A stretch of DNA of 64,000 bases from a virus (IMGVR_UViG_3300028886_000041); one strand, 5' to 3'. Numbered from the stretch's first letter, positions 1 through 10,653 are shown. Notes: generated from the letters alone by a model not told the origin. Translations and numbers: made by a program.

Positions 1-118
1 AATTATAAAAATCACAATATGCTTGAATTGCATTTTCTCCTTCACCAACATAAACAATATGTTTAGGTTCGCTCATAGATGATCCTTGATATGAAGATAT
101 TGCACATTTTCGTTTCAT
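1..118 (-). CDS. hypothetical protein, 3'-partial (runs off window start)
   Basis: ATG at 118 after AAAGGAA SD and promoter motif at 149-165; reads MKRKCAISSYQG... Confidence 0.6.
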   Translation of the reverse strand, partial: MKRKCAISSYQGSSMSEPKHIVYVGEGENAIQAYCDFYN

Positions 119-148
119 ATTCTATTCCTTTTGTTTTATTATGTGTTT

Positions 149-165
149 ATTATATAAGAGAGTTA
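149..165 (-). promoter_or_regulatory. phage promoter-like motif TAACTCT-N4-TATAAT (first of ~40 copies)
   Basis: Minus strand TAACTCT CTTA TATAAT. Recurs at about 864, 2674, 3673, 4052, 4311, 5462, 6277, 7191, 8617, 9468, 10570, 11574, 12010, 12714, 12935, 13501, 16334, 17049, 19347, 22376, 26152, 27129, 29906, 29963, 31769, 34180, 34815, 38687, 41298, 41550, 44768, 46959, 49548, 49610, 58863, in intergenic gaps upstream of minus-strand genes or RNAs. Confidence 0.85.
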
Positions 166-169
166 TTTT

Positions 170-514
170 TTATTCTTCCCACCCAAACTTTTCACTAATT
201 TTTGTATCAGTATATTCATATGAACCAATTTTCCATGCAGGGATAATTGTCAACGTCATATCACCTTCTCTTGCATCCTCATATAGAAGAGTAATTTCTT
301 TTTCTTTCATAATAGCTTTTACAACTTCATATTTAGTTATGTTCTGAATTTTCGGATATATCGGAAATCTTTCGCTATTTCCCTTATATATTTTGGATTC
401 CACAAATGATTTTACGACCGCTTCATTCGAAATATCCAAACAATATTCATATACATTAGATATCCCATTATCGACGTCTATTGATTCAATTAATACTACT
501 TTTTTATTTTTCAT
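170..514 (-). CDS. hypothetical protein, YxLDISN...VKSF paralog family
   Basis: Shares YxLDISN/VxSF motif with 518..829 and 3687..4013. Confidence 0.75.
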   Translation of the reverse strand: MKNKKVVLIESIDVDNGISNVYEYCLDISNEAVVKSFVESKIYKGNSERFPIYPKIQNITKYEVVKAIMKEKEITLLYEDAREGDMTLTIIPAWKIGSYEYTDTKISEKFGWEE

Positions 515-517
515 AAT

Positions 518-829
518 TTATTTCTCCATAAACAGTTTAGCATCATATTCGATGTCATTGTATTTTGTAAATGGATTGAAATTCTCTTCAGGAATGACAC
601 CGACACCACCTTTATCACTTGAAAGCCAAATTTCTTCTTCATTCCTAATACTTTCAACAACATCATTTGGACTTATTTTCCGTAATTTATCTTTCTCTAA
701 CCAGTTATAAACCCTATTAGCCACAAATGATCTTACCTTCTTTTTATTTGATATATCCAGATAATAATTGAATATTACCGATTCATAATATCTATCTGTT
801 AATATCAAAGTTATTTTTTTGATCTTCAT
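518..829 (-). CDS. hypothetical protein, YxLDISN paralog family
   Basis: YYLDISNKKKVRSF; own promoter motif upstream. Confidence 0.75.
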   Translation of the reverse strand: MKIKKITLILTDRYYESVIFNYYLDISNKKKVRSFVANRVYNWLEKDKLRKISPNDVVESIRNEEEIWLSSDKGGVGVIPEENFNPFTKYNDIEYDAKLFMEK

Positions 830-883
830 ATTATACTCTTTTCGTTTTATTTAACATGTGTTTATTATATAAAAGAGTTATTT

Positions 884-1672
884 TTAAAATGGACAAAAAA
901 TTGGAATGTTTTTTGGATGTTCTATTATTGCTTTATAGTTAGATTTTGCAAAAACATCTGAATCTATTGTTTTAGTAGAGAATCTTGGAATACTTATTAT
1001 ATATTGTCTATTATTACCTACTATATTAATATAGTGAGTATATTTGGTTTTATTTGTTATTTTGAGTGGAATATTACGCGTCAACATTTCTGTAAGTATT
1101 CTTCGTAATATAAAAAGTGTGATATTTAAATGATATCCTAAAGGAGAATTTATTGTTATTCCTTTTTCACTATAATCTCTGATATATGCGTATGAATACA
1201 TATTCAATATATCTATAGTATCATTTTGTTCATCTAATATCATTCTTTCGGGTATAAATCCATTTCCATACATATACATAAGCAAATTATTAAAAGGAAA
1301 TGCATTACATATCTCTATATCAGAAGATGCTATTTTTATACAGGAATTTTCAAAATTACCCATTGTATTTTCGCAAAATATTTCAGACATATCTATTTTC
1401 GATCCTTTTGAAGCTTTTACGATACATACTGGTTTTATTGTGATATATTCTTTTTCTTCACAAAAAAGTGATTTATATCTATGCGCATCATCTAAAGTAG
1501 GAGAAAAATGATATCCATTTTTACATAACTCTATTTTTCCTTTAAGATGATATTTCTTTTCACAATCATACAAAGTTTCTTTTATTTTTGATAAAGATGC
1601 ATGTGTATATAATTTTTGATTTTTTATTCCATCAAAAATCTTCACTCCATATATATCTTTCTCTAATATCAT
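884..1672 (-). CDS. DUF7666-like paralog 1
   Basis: GVKIFDG...LCKNGYHFS N-terminal motif; NKTKYTHYIN..IPRFS C-terminal motif. Confidence 0.75.
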   Translation of the reverse strand: MILEKDIYGVKIFDGIKNQKLYTHASLSKIKETLYDCEKKYHLKGKIELCKNGYHFSPTLDDAHRYKSLFCEEKEYITIKPVCIVKASKGSKIDMSEIFCENTMGNFENSCIKIASSDIEICNAFPFNNLLMYMYGNGFIPERMILDEQNDTIDILNMYSYAYIRDYSEKGITINSPLGYHLNITLFILRRILTEMLTRNIPLKITNKTKYTHYINIVGNNRQYIISIPRFSTKTIDSDVFAKSNYKAIIEHPKNIPIFCPF

Positions 1673-1827
1673 ATTTTATACTATTCTAAAAAAGAGTCAT
1701 ACTTTGTAAATATTAGAATCCTTTTTAGTATTCCTTTCTTTTTTGATTGTTTTCTTGCGTTTTTGATAATTGTTCAATATATCAATCATTAATACAAACT
1801 TCTCTTTTATATACTTTATACAATATT

Positions 1828-2634
1828 TTAATTCAGATTATAATAGAAAGGAGGTCTATTTTTAGGATATTCTATTACTGTTGTGCAATCGGATTTCAAT
1901 AAAACATCTGAATCTATTACCTTAGTAGAGAATCTTGGAATATTTACTATGCATTGTTTTTCTTCATACACTATATTAAGATATTGTGTATATTTTGTTT
2001 TATTTGTTATTTTGAGAGGGATATTATAACAACGTAAATTTTTTTTAAGTTTATCAAAATTTATAAAAAGTGTTGTTGTAATATGCCAATTTGAAGTATT
2101 TTCGATTATTATTCCTTTTTCATCGTAATCTTCAATAAATGCATATGGATGTACTCTCATGATATTTATTGTATTATCCTCATTCAATATTGCTTCATCA
2201 ATTAACAGGTGGTTATTACGTATATAATTCGACAGAATATTAAATGGAATTACTCTCTCTATTTCAATATCAGAAGATGCTATTTTTATATCAGAAGTTC
2301 CAAAGCCGAGGGAAAAAACATCTTTGGGAAATACATCAGATATATCAACTTCAGATTCCTTCGGGGCTTTTACAATACATACTGGGTTTATTATTGCGTA
2401 TGATCTTTGTGATGTTTGATTGAAAATTCTTTTGTATTGCAAAGCGGCATCTAAAGTAGGAGAAAAATGATATCCATTTTTACATAGTTTTATCTCTCCC
2501 TTAAGGTGGTATTTCTTTTTGCAGTCATACCAAGTCCTTATAAGATTTTTCATCCCGAAAAATTCGGAGTATAATTTTTGATCTTTTATTCCTTCGAAAA
2601 TCTTTACTCCATATATATCTTTCTCTAATATCAT
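1828..2634 (-). CDS. DUF7666-like paralog 2 (close duplicate of 884..1672)
   Basis: Near-identical N- and C-terminal blocks to paralog 1, more divergent middle. Confidence 0.75.
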   Translation of the reverse strand: MILEKDIYGVKIFEGIKDQKLYSEFFGMKNLIRTWYDCKKKYHLKGEIKLCKNGYHFSPTLDAALQYKRIFNQTSQRSYAIINPVCIVKAPKESEVDISDVFPKDVFSLGFGTSDIKIASSDIEIERVIPFNILSNYIRNNHLLIDEAILNEDNTINIMRVHPYAFIEDYDEKGIIIENTSNWHITTTLFINFDKLKKNLRCYNIPLKITNKTKYTQYLNIVYEEKQCIVNIPRFSTKVIDSDVLLKSDCTTVIEYPKNRPPFYYNLN

Positions 2635-2687
2635 ATTTTATTACCTTTCTATTTTGTTTATGTTTATGGATTTATTATATATGAGAG

Positions 2688-3275
2688 TTATTTATAAAAT
2701 GTATATATAACGCTATCATTTTCGGTTGTTCTTTTGATACCTTGATAATAACCTTCAAGTGTTTGTATAAGATCGAGTAATGCTTTTTCTCTATCTGCTG
2801 CATTGGGATATACCATTACCATATCTTTATTAAGATTAGAAGGATTTATATATATTACAGCACGATTTTTATACAATCCATCAACATAATTATATCCGCG
2901 GGATTTAACCAAATTTACTCCATCAAAAGGAATATCAGATGCTTTTTGTATCTGAATCACTAATGTTTGTGAACCCGGTTTCCATACTTTGAGAATAAGA
3001 GATGGGTTGTTATATATATCATCAGTATGAATTATTGCTTTTGTCCATCTCGTTGAATCAAATTTATCAATACATCCGATATACCGATACGACGGATCAG
3101 CATTGATCCATACCTTATCAGTCATGATCGTTTCAGGTTTATGTTCAAACTTATATACTTCTCCGCTTGCATCAACCGCGATCCAACCTTGTATCTGCTT
3201 ATCATGCAAACGATTATATTGATTAACAGTATCGATTATCTTGTTTTTAAATTGTTTTGTAAGTTGTCCTGACAT
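2688..3275 (-). CDS. hypothetical protein, WIAxDxxG..F..KP family
   Basis: WIAVDASGEVYKFEHKP; N-terminus similar to 39699..40088. Confidence 0.75.
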   Translation of the reverse strand: MSGQLTKQFKNKIIDTVNQYNRLHDKQIQGWIAVDASGEVYKFEHKPETIMTDKVWINADPSYRYIGCIDKFDSTRWTKAIIHTDDIYNNPSLILKVWKPGSQTLVIQIQKASDIPFDGVNLVKSRGYNYVDGLYKNRAVIYINPSNLNKDMVMVYPNAADREKALLDLIQTLEGYYQGIKRTTENDSVIYTFYK

Positions 3276-3290
3276 ATATTTCCTTTCCTT

Positions 3291-3632
3291 TTATAGTTTA
3301 TATGCTTCGTATATATCTTTTACTTCGTTACCAAATTCTTTCCATATTGCTTCTGAAATATCATCTGGAAGATAATTATGGACCCATAAAATATTTGCAG
3401 TAATTTGATCTTCGTCTTTCTCAGGATTATCTGCTTTGTATTCATCGTAACATGATTGAGGAATACGTTTAACAGCATGAAAATCATCAATATCAAATGT
3501 CCCGATAAATTCTCCTCCATTCAGATAAACATTATATCCACCATATTCACCATCATTTACATGGATTTTATCTTTACCATATATATAACATGCGATATAA
3601 GGCGAATCAATTTCTTTGAATTTTTTACTCAT
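3291..3632 (-). CDS. hypothetical protein
   Basis: ORF with SD and upstream promoter motif. Confidence 0.7.
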   Translation of the reverse strand: MSKKFKEIDSPYIACYIYGKDKIHVNDGEYGGYNVYLNGGEFIGTFDIDDFHAVKRIPQSCYDEYKADNPEKDEDQITANILWVHNYLPDDISEAIWKEFGNEVKDIYEAYKL

Positions 3633-3686
3633 ATATATTTTCTTTCCTTTTTAATTGTTTTCTTATGGAAATATTATGTATGAGAG

Positions 3687-4013
3687 TTATTTTTTAAATC
3701 TATTCCAGAAATCTTCGTTAATTGTATTATCTTCGAAATCTTTAAAACAATTAGTTTTTTCAGGAAGTATAATATAAGCTTCCCTAGAATCTAGATTGCT
3801 CAAATACGTCGGTCTTTCATTCATAATATCATCAACAATATCCATTGGGTGTGAAAGTATATATTCATCAGGCTCTTTATCTATATGCACCCGTTGTTCA
3901 AGAAATGATTTTACTATGTTTTCATTTGATATGTCTAGACAATACGTAGTCGTCGATAGAACATAAAAATAATCATAATTAAAATGTATTACTGTTAGTC
4001 GTTTGTTATTCAT
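3687..4013 (-). CDS. hypothetical protein, YxLDISN paralog family
   Basis: YCLDISNENIVKSF; SD GAAAGGAA. Confidence 0.75.
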   Translation of the reverse strand: MNNKRLTVIHFNYDYFYVLSTTTYCLDISNENIVKSFLEQRVHIDKEPDEYILSHPMDIVDDIMNERPTYLSNLDSREAYIILPEKTNCFKDFEDNTINEDFWNRFKK

Positions 4014-4075
4014 AACATATTCCTTTCTTTTTATTTTTAAGTTATGGTATTATTATATGAAAGAGTTATTTTATT

Positions 4076-4267
4076 TTACTCTTCTTCCATATCTTCCGCC
4101 CATGTATTTGCATCATATATCAGATTATCATCATCTTCTATCATGCAGATAATATAATCAACTACATTTTTAAGTTCCTTATCATCTTTAACATTACGAT
4201 GGAGTTTAATGTAATCCCCTAGGCTTTGCCTGAGAGTGTCCAAGATCTTTCTTTCCGAGTTCGTCAT
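4076..4267 (-). CDS. hypothetical protein
   Basis: SD GAAAGGA and promoter motif. Confidence 0.65.
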   Translation of the reverse strand: MTNSERKILDTLRQSLGDYIKLHRNVKDDKELKNVVDYIICMIEDDDNLIYDANTWAEDMEEE

Positions 4268-4333
4268 ATCAATATATCCTTTCTGTTTATTTTATTTTTA
4301 CTATGATGATTTTATAAAATAGAGTTATTTATT

Positions 4334-4594
4334 TTATGCTATTTGGAAGCGTTCGTAGCTTCTTATTTTCGATGATTTATTAGTGGAATATTCATATATC
4401 TTATAATTTATACCTTTTTCTTTCAATGCATTAAGAAAATATGTCATATCACAATCTTCTTCAAGATATGCATGATTATTTCTCATATATGAAAACATTG
4501 TAATCTTATTAGGATCAATATTATACTTTTTGAAATGCGATATTGGTACTTTCATCCAACCGTGAGCCGGATCTGAATAATAGTTGTATGTCAT
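4334..4594 (-). CDS. conserved phage hypothetical protein (DPxHGW...YLEEDCD type)
   Basis: DPAHGWMKVP and YLEEDCD motifs; start moved to the ATG after GGAGG. Confidence 0.75.
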   Translation of the reverse strand: MTYNYYSDPAHGWMKVPISHFKKYNIDPNKITMFSYMRNNHAYLEEDCDMTYFLNALKEKGINYKIYEYSTNKSSKIRSYERFQIA

Positions 4595-4705
4595 GGATTT
4601 TTTACCTCCAAAGTTTCCCATAATCATAGGTGTTTTTTCATCTGTTTATTTACTTTTTACTATGGTATTATTATAAAATAGCGTTATATTTTTATTAGGT
4701 TTATT

Positions 4706-5422
4706 TTAGTTCAAACCCAATTCATCATTTATGTTTCGCAACCACTCCAAACCCTTTTCTTTCATTGTTATTTTAATATCAGTATGATAATCAGGATCGA
4801 CTTTGACGTCCCATTTGTCTGGTTGTGATTTACACCACCACGCCATATCGTCATATACATCCCTATCAAATCCATTATTATTTTTGACGCAATATTTTTT
4901 GTAAAGATCAGGATCGCATATATCGATTTTTTCATCACAAGCCGAACGAGAATCTTTATTATTTTCTTCAAACGCTTGCGACCATATCGTATTAATTATT
5001 GAATTTGTGATATAAAATGAAAGATCAGTACCATGACCCATTATAAATCGTTTATACATATCCTTATCTTTCTTTTCATAGCATAGACGAAGTTTGTTGA
5101 AAATCTCTTCGCTTTCATCACTTTTGCAATGCTGAGCTATAAACAAAAAATCAGGAATAACATTATCCGGTTCGCCAGAAAATGGTGAATCGCCATCATT
5201 AAACCATTTGTATTGTATATGCCGATATGCTCTCAACAATTCTCCTGCAAGAGTATCTGCAACCCCTTCATTCGGAACAAGTAGTTGATTCATTTTTTCA
5301 TCCACCTTTTCCCACATATTTTTATGAACAACCATATCAGCAGGAATACATGGCTCAACATTCATTTCATAACACATCAATGCTGCGTATATGATTTCTT
5401 TGACTTTTTTTGTATTAGACAT
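4706..5422 (-). CDS. conserved phage hypothetical protein (LVPxxG.ADT.AGELLRA...NDGD type)
   Basis: Recognisable motif; SD and promoter motif. Confidence 0.7.
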   Translation of the reverse strand: MSNTKKVKEIIYAALMCYEMNVEPCIPADMVVHKNMWEKVDEKMNQLLVPNEGVADTLAGELLRAYRHIQYKWFNDGDSPFSGEPDNVIPDFLFIAQHCKSDESEEIFNKLRLCYEKKDKDMYKRFIMGHGTDLSFYITNSIINTIWSQAFEENNKDSRSACDEKIDICDPDLYKKYCVKNNNGFDRDVYDDMAWWCKSQPDKWDVKVDPDYHTDIKITMKEKGLEWLRNINDELGLN

Positions 5423-5475
5423 ATTTTTCCTTTCTATTTATTTACTTTTTACTATGGTATTATTATATAAAAGAG

Positions 5476-6243
5476 TTAAATATATTTTATAATTTTAACC
5501 ATATGTTTTTCATTTTCTTTTGCTGTAGTGGTTATACACACAGATGAATGGCTTGGTATTTTAAATATATATTGAGTATCTGGGTATATTAAATTGATAA
5601 ATGATGTATAATCACTTTCGTTTTTAACATACATTTCTCGCCACTCTATTCCCCTTACAAAAATAGTTGTAATTTTATCTATATTTTTATCGATCGTATA
5701 ATGCCCAGTATAACCCAATCGAATATTAAAGTTATCTGTAAAATAACATTGACAAAGAGAGTCTTCAATAAAACATTTGTTATATTTATCAAAGAAAGTC
5801 ATAACTGTTGACTGGTGCGTTATTAAATTTTTAAAATTTACTATACAATCAAAAATTGTATAGAGGTTAATTGTTGATGATATGATAATATCAGAAGTTG
5901 CAAACTTAGAACAAGGAAATGTTACATAACCATCGAATATATTTGTATCTATTGTTGCGTTTTTAGGGATCATTACATGGCACACAGGGGCAATATAATA
6001 ATAACCCATATCTGATTTTTTTAAAAGATTTTTATAATGACATGCCTCATACAACGAAGGGGAATAATGAAATCCCGAACCACAAAGTGATATTGGATCA
6101 TCTATATGATATGATGTATTTAATTTAAATTGAAATTCTTTATTTGATTTTTCACCCAACGGATAAGTATAGAATGATCCATCATGATAGTCATCAAATA
6201 TTTTTACCCCCCATATTACATTCGGTTTAGTTTTGAATTTCAT
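5476..6243 (-). CDS. DUF7666-like paralog 3
   Basis: GVKIFDD...LCGSGFHYS; KNESDYTSFIN..IPSHS. Confidence 0.7.
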   Translation of the reverse strand: MKFKTKPNVIWGVKIFDDYHDGSFYTYPLGEKSNKEFQFKLNTSYHIDDPISLCGSGFHYSPSLYEACHYKNLLKKSDMGYYYIAPVCHVMIPKNATIDTNIFDGYVTFPCSKFATSDIIISSTINLYTIFDCIVNFKNLITHQSTVMTFFDKYNKCFIEDSLCQCYFTDNFNIRLGYTGHYTIDKNIDKITTIFVRGIEWREMYVKNESDYTSFINLIYPDTQYIFKIPSHSSVCITTTAKENEKHMVKIIKYI

Positions 6244-6352
6244 TGCTTACCTTTCGTTTTAATTTGTTATGGGTTTATTATAAAAGAGAGTTATATTTTT
6301 TATTTTCAACCTTCTTTATAATCTCTCTATTTAGTTGATAGGCGTTGTGATT

Positions 6353-6661
6353 TTAAATGCAAAGGTTTATAGTGATTGCTCCATAAGTATCCCAATCACC
6401 ATATTTTTCTATGGGATTTATATGACACCCAAACGCAAAATCATCAAATAAAATAACCTCTTCTTCAAACTTATCACCTTTATCAATAAGAACACTAATA
6501 CCATAATTAAGTATTTTATTCAAAATAACATTCCTGCAATCAGTTCTTGAATGTAGCCAAATATGATTATCAATAAATGGGATAAGAGTTTTTTGATAGG
6601 TTTTAAAAAGCTCTTTCTTTAATTCCTCTATTTTCTTTAAATTGTTGCTTGTATTTTTCAT
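6353..6661 (-). CDS. hypothetical protein
   Basis: ORF following a variant promoter motif. Confidence 0.6.
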   Translation of the reverse strand: MKNTSNNLKKIEELKKELFKTYQKTLIPFIDNHIWLHSRTDCRNVILNKILNYGISVLIDKGDKFEEEVILFDDFAFGCHINPIEKYGDWDTYGAITINLCI

Positions 6662-6685
6662 GAAATAATTTTAAAAGGGGTTATT

Positions 6686-7153
6686 TTATTTATCTTTTTC
6701 AGAATAATTTTTGATAAGTGTCCATACCTTATATGCATCTGATACTGTTATTACCTTTTGATTGGGAAATTCGTTTACATGATCATACATATAACCTAAC
6801 CCAGTTTTGTTATCAATACTCCAATCGAGAGGGGTTTTCTTATCTTCAAATTCGATACGAACAACTTGCTTTATCTTATTCCTAAAGAATTTTACAATCT
6901 TATCCCAAGAAAGACCATAAAATCCATTACGAACTCGCCAATCGCTCCAACCACCTTGTAAATTTTTACTGATCCTGAGTTCTACCCATCCTTGCGGATT
7001 GATAAATATATCAGCAAACAACCAATATTTATCCATTCGATTACTGTTCTCCCAGATACCATCACTTAGTTGTCCGAGAACAGATCCGATAACAGAATAT
7101 GTATCAGGATCGGTATTAAATACGATTGAACGATAATTGTCTTTTATTCTCAT
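6686..7153 (-). CDS. hypothetical protein (GQLSDGIWEN motif)
   Basis: SD GAAAGGAA, promoter motif. Confidence 0.75.
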   Translation of the reverse strand: MRIKDNYRSIVFNTDPDTYSVIGSVLGQLSDGIWENSNRMDKYWLFADIFINPQGWVELRISKNLQGGWSDWRVRNGFYGLSWDKIVKFFRNKIKQVVRIEFEDKKTPLDWSIDNKTGLGYMYDHVNEFPNQKVITVSDAYKVWTLIKNYSEKDK

Positions 7154-7208
7154 AATATATTCCTTTCTGTTGTTTTTGTATTATGGTATTATTATAAATA
7201 AGAGTTAT

Positions 7209-8006
7209 TTATTTTAATGACCTATATATTGATAAATAATCAATTACTCTTATCGGTTTAGTATCTTTTAATATTCTTTTCGAGGAATATCTCGGAATAC
7301 TTATTATTTTTTGTGTATATTGATCAAAGATAACAACATAATGAGTGATATTTGTTTCGTTAATAATATCAAGATGTTTGTTATGCTCAAATAAATCAAA
7401 ATAACGATCATCTACAAATATTGTTTGATTAAAAGGTGTCATACTATTATCACATGGCGATATTGTTAATCTAACATTATTAATCTTTTGTTTATAATAT
7501 AATTCTTTATATCCTATAAGAAAAAATTTATGATTATTTGTTATTTCTATTTCTCCGAAAGGTAATCTATTTTCGGGGGAAAATATATCATCTACCATAT
7601 TATATAAACTTCGGATGCCATCAAATTCAAAAGCATTTGTGACAAATTTTACCTCATAATATAGTCCTTTAATAAAACAATCACTCATTACTCTAGCTCC
7701 TGGTGAAATCACAATATAAAATGATGGTCTTATATACGCATATTTATGATCGAAATTTATTCCATTTTTATATCTCAAAGTATCTTTAAAAGCAGAACAA
7801 AAATGAAATCCAGATTCACATGGGTGTATATCATTTTTATCCATTCTATTTTCTTTTTTAGTATAAAAGAATTTTTCATCAATACTGAATGATGTAAAAA
7901 ATTTATTATCTTTTACCCCATTTAGAAGTTTTACCCCTGAAAGATAATGGTTGGGTTCAAGAATAACATCAACCATCATTGGCTTTTTTATTATATTATT
8001 TTGCAT
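7209..8006 (-). CDS. DUF7666-like paralog 4
   Basis: GVKLLNG...CESGFHFC; NETNITHYV..IPRYS. Confidence 0.7.
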   Translation of the reverse strand: MQNNIIKKPMMVDVILEPNHYLSGVKLLNGVKDNKFFTSFSIDEKFFYTKKENRMDKNDIHPCESGFHFCSAFKDTLRYKNGINFDHKYAYIRPSFYIVISPGARVMSDCFIKGLYYEVKFVTNAFEFDGIRSLYNMVDDIFSPENRLPFGEIEITNNHKFFLIGYKELYYKQKINNVRLTISPCDNSMTPFNQTIFVDDRYFDLFEHNKHLDIINETNITHYVVIFDQYTQKIISIPRYSSKRILKDTKPIRVIDYLSIYRSLK

Positions 8007-8032
8007 ATTGATATTATATATAAGAGTCGTTT

Positions 8033-8188
8033 TTAACTTTTATCAAAAAGATGAGATATAAAAACTATAAACACCCCCACACTAACCATGATAATAAAAC
8101 CAAATAGATCCTCCCAAAATGGTGTTGGTTTATCATAACTAGGATCACGTAGTGCACCATCTTTACACATTCGCAGTTTATCTTTCAT
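8033..8188 (-). CDS. small membrane protein (51 aa, not in ORF track)
   Basis: MKDKLRM...FGFIIMVSVGVFIVFISHLFDKS, one hydrophobic helix. Confidence 0.5.
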   Translation of the reverse strand: MKDKLRMCKDGALRDPSYDKPTPFWEDLFGFIIMVSVGVFIVFISHLFDKS

Positions 8189-8215
8189 TTTAATGCCATC
8201 TATAAGTTTCGTCTT

Positions 8216-8332
8216 CTATACTTCCTGGATATAATTCCCCGCGCCACCTTTAATATATCCATCATAATGACAATATATAACCCTAATAACACCAGATGAA
8301 TCTTTTAAAGCTATTAACGAACGTGTAGACAT
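8216..8332 (-). pseudogene. truncated MSTRS...IYCHxDGY-type protein (38 aa)
   Basis: MSTRSLIALKDSSGVIRVIYCHYDGYIKGGAG then an early TAG; proteins with this motif are usually longer. Confidence 0.55.
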
Positions 8333-8363
8333 ATTCGTTCCTTTTATTTTATTAGGTTATGTT

Positions 8364-8576
8364 TTAGTAAGAGTTTTTACCGGTTTTTAAATTTTCTATA
8401 ATAGCCATTAGATGATTATCATCAAATTCTCCGCTAATGCTATCCATATCCATTCGATTTATAAGAGTAATAGTGCTCTGAATCTTATTCTGTAAATCAG
8501 TGATTTGTTTTTTCAAATTATCAATCTCACGTTCTTTATTAACAATACATTCAACCAAATCAGCTGTTGTATTCAT
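8364..8576 (-). CDS. small coiled-coil protein
   Basis: SD GAAAGGAA, promoter motif. Confidence 0.65.
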   Translation of the reverse strand: MNTTADLVECIVNKEREIDNLKKQITDLQNKIQSTITLINRMDMDSISGEFDDNHLMAIIENLKTGKNSY

Positions 8577-8650
8577 ACTTCATTCCTTTCTATTATTATT
8601 TTATTTGTTATATGTTTATTATAAAAGAGAGTTATTTTTTATTTTTATTA

Positions 8651-9460
8651 TTAATAAGGAAGTTGGATGATTTTGAATGGTGGTTTATTAGATTTTGTTA
8701 TGTCTTTATCTATTTTTATTTCTGAATGTCTTGGAATATTAAATATGTATTGATAATAACGGTCAACAATATTAACATATTGAGTATATTTTGTTTTATT
8801 TGTTATTATAATGTATGACATTCTAGTACCAATCTCAATTAAATCATGGTCAATAAAAAGCGTATTATTTGTTTTCCTGTTACATAATATTGTTGGTTCA
8901 AATATTATATTTTCTATATCTATGGTATCATATCTAAGAAAATACCAATTTTGTGAATAAGTATTATCTAATAATATAGTATTATTTTTATGATTTATTA
9001 CTTCATCATCACCAAATACTCTTCTATCTCGTGAGAGATGATGTAATATTAGAGTATAAGGAATGGGAGATATAATTTCAAGATCTGAAGTAGCTATTTT
9101 ATTTTCAGCTCTTAATCTACCAAGTGTTGTAAATGTTGGAATAGTATCTATTTCAGAACCTTTAGGTGCTTTTACTTGATAAACAGGTGGTATATATACG
9201 AAATCATATTGTAGCGGGGTGATCAAAGAGCCTTTATCATGTCGAGCATCATCATATGAAGGAGAAAAATGAAATCCGTGTTCACATATTTTTATTTTAC
9301 CGTCAATATGGTTTATATTATTTCGTCCTATATTAAAATATGTTTTTATTTCTATTTGGCTTTCATCAGAAGGTGCGCTGGGATAAACAATAGTATATGG
9401 TTTATCATTTTTTATCCCGTCAAAAATCTTTATTCCATAAACATCATTTTCTGCTTTCAT
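8651..9460 (-). CDS. DUF7666-like paralog 5
   Basis: GIKIFDG...ICEHGFHFS; NKTKYTQYVN..IPRHS. Confidence 0.75.
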   Translation of the reverse strand: MKAENDVYGIKIFDGIKNDKPYTIVYPSAPSDESQIEIKTYFNIGRNNINHIDGKIKICEHGFHFSPSYDDARHDKGSLITPLQYDFVYIPPVYQVKAPKGSEIDTIPTFTTLGRLRAENKIATSDLEIISPIPYTLILHHLSRDRRVFGDDEVINHKNNTILLDNTYSQNWYFLRYDTIDIENIIFEPTILCNRKTNNTLFIDHDLIEIGTRMSYIIITNKTKYTQYVNIVDRYYQYIFNIPRHSEIKIDKDITKSNKPPFKIIQLPY

Positions 9461-9481
9461 ATGTTATATTATATATAAGAG

Positions 9482-10081
9482 TTATTTTTTAAAATATGCA
9501 AATTTTATTTTGCAATGTTCTTGTCCATTGATAGTGGTAAAAATAAAATCTTGAAAATATACTTTCGAATTAATACCTTCTATAATATCTGGTGTATCAG
9601 TTTCCTTATTTTTATCTTTAACTTTCGATAAAACTTTTTGATATGCTGACATATATGCTTTAGATTTTGTTTTACCAAAACCATTTACCATATCAGTTTC
9701 AATTTTATAATTTTCAGGGATTTTATTCTGAAAAGTAAAACGAATAACACACACATATCTATTATTATCAGAATATACTGTAATATCTTTAATATGGTAT
9801 TCTATTCTTGAATATTTTGATGTCAATTCTTCCAATCCTGAATTATATGCATTTTCTAAAGAATTGCCCCAACTACATATCTTATTATCAATAATAATAA
9901 ATCGATATTTAATTTTAGGTTTTGATGTAATGGAAATTTTAATTTCCTTTGTAATATCTTTTTCTTTTATTATTTTCGCATCATAATTAGTATTGGTGAA
10001 TTTTAAAGGAGATGCAAGAATAATGCATGAGGAAAACATATAAAAGAGATATATTAATACGTCTTTATATGTTTTCCTCAT
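9482..10081 (-). CDS. hypothetical exported protein
   Basis: Hydrophobic N-terminus; two repeated G..K/S...AY subdomains. Confidence 0.6.
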   Translation of the reverse strand: MRKTYKDVLIYLFYMFSSCIILASPLKFTNTNYDAKIIKEKDITKEIKISITSKPKIKYRFIIIDNKICSWGNSLENAYNSGLEELTSKYSRIEYHIKDITVYSDNNRYVCVIRFTFQNKIPENYKIETDMVNGFGKTKSKAYMSAYQKVLSKVKDKNKETDTPDIIEGINSKVYFQDFIFTTINGQEHCKIKFAYFKK

Positions 10082-10171
10082 GTCTATAGTGTTTATTTGT
10101 TTATTTTCTTAGTGTGTTATCTATCAAATCCAATAGATAATATAAAATTTCTAAATCAGGATCATTCATTA

Positions 10172-10525
10172 TTATTCCTCTGTTTCCTCAATAATATAAT
10201 AATCGCCACGATAATTACTTATAAAATCAGAAGTCCATTTTACACCTATATTAGAAAGATTCAATCTTTTCATTGCATTAACTGGGGTATCTTTTTTAAG
10301 AACAATAAGAACATCTTGTCTTCTGTTTTTACCAGCAACGTTATCTGTGATATCATAATAATCAACAATAGATCCTTCGGGGACCAATTTTTCTTCTTTT
10401 TCAAAAAACGAAGTAACTTGAGAACATGTTTCTTGATCAAGTATGAGCCCCATAAATATCAACGAATTAGTATCGTTGTAATTCTTTTTTACTTCAGTAT
10501 ATAATATTTTTTTTAATGGTGTCAT
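10172..10525 (-). CDS. hypothetical protein
   Basis: Promoter motif upstream. Confidence 0.7.
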   Translation of the reverse strand: MTPLKKILYTEVKKNYNDTNSLIFMGLILDQETCSQVTSFFEKEEKLVPEGSIVDYYDITDNVAGKNRRQDVLIVLKKDTPVNAMKRLNLSNIGVKWTSDFISNYRGDYYIIEETEE

Positions 10526-10593
10526 TTTTATTTTCTTTCTTTTGTATTATTATTTTATGTTATGGTGTTATTATAAATAAGAGTTAAATAAAA

Positions 10594-10653
10594 AATAAAT
10601 CACTTTTTTATACGTAAAGAAAGGAATAACAACGTATAAGGATAAGTGAGAAC
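10594..10653 (-). ncRNA. candidate anti-Shine-Dalgarno loop hairpin RNA, copy 1
   Basis: Outer stem TCACTT/AAGTGA, inner stem TTATACGT/ACGTATAA, loop containing TTCCTTTC; homologous to 12031..12090. Confidence 0.6.

Noticed and set aside
8033-8332. Stop-codon reassignment (in-frame TAG at 8216 joining two ORFs)
   Set aside because: Long conserved genes are intact in the standard code, TAG and TGA end other genes, and no suppressor tRNA was seen; truncation is more likely.
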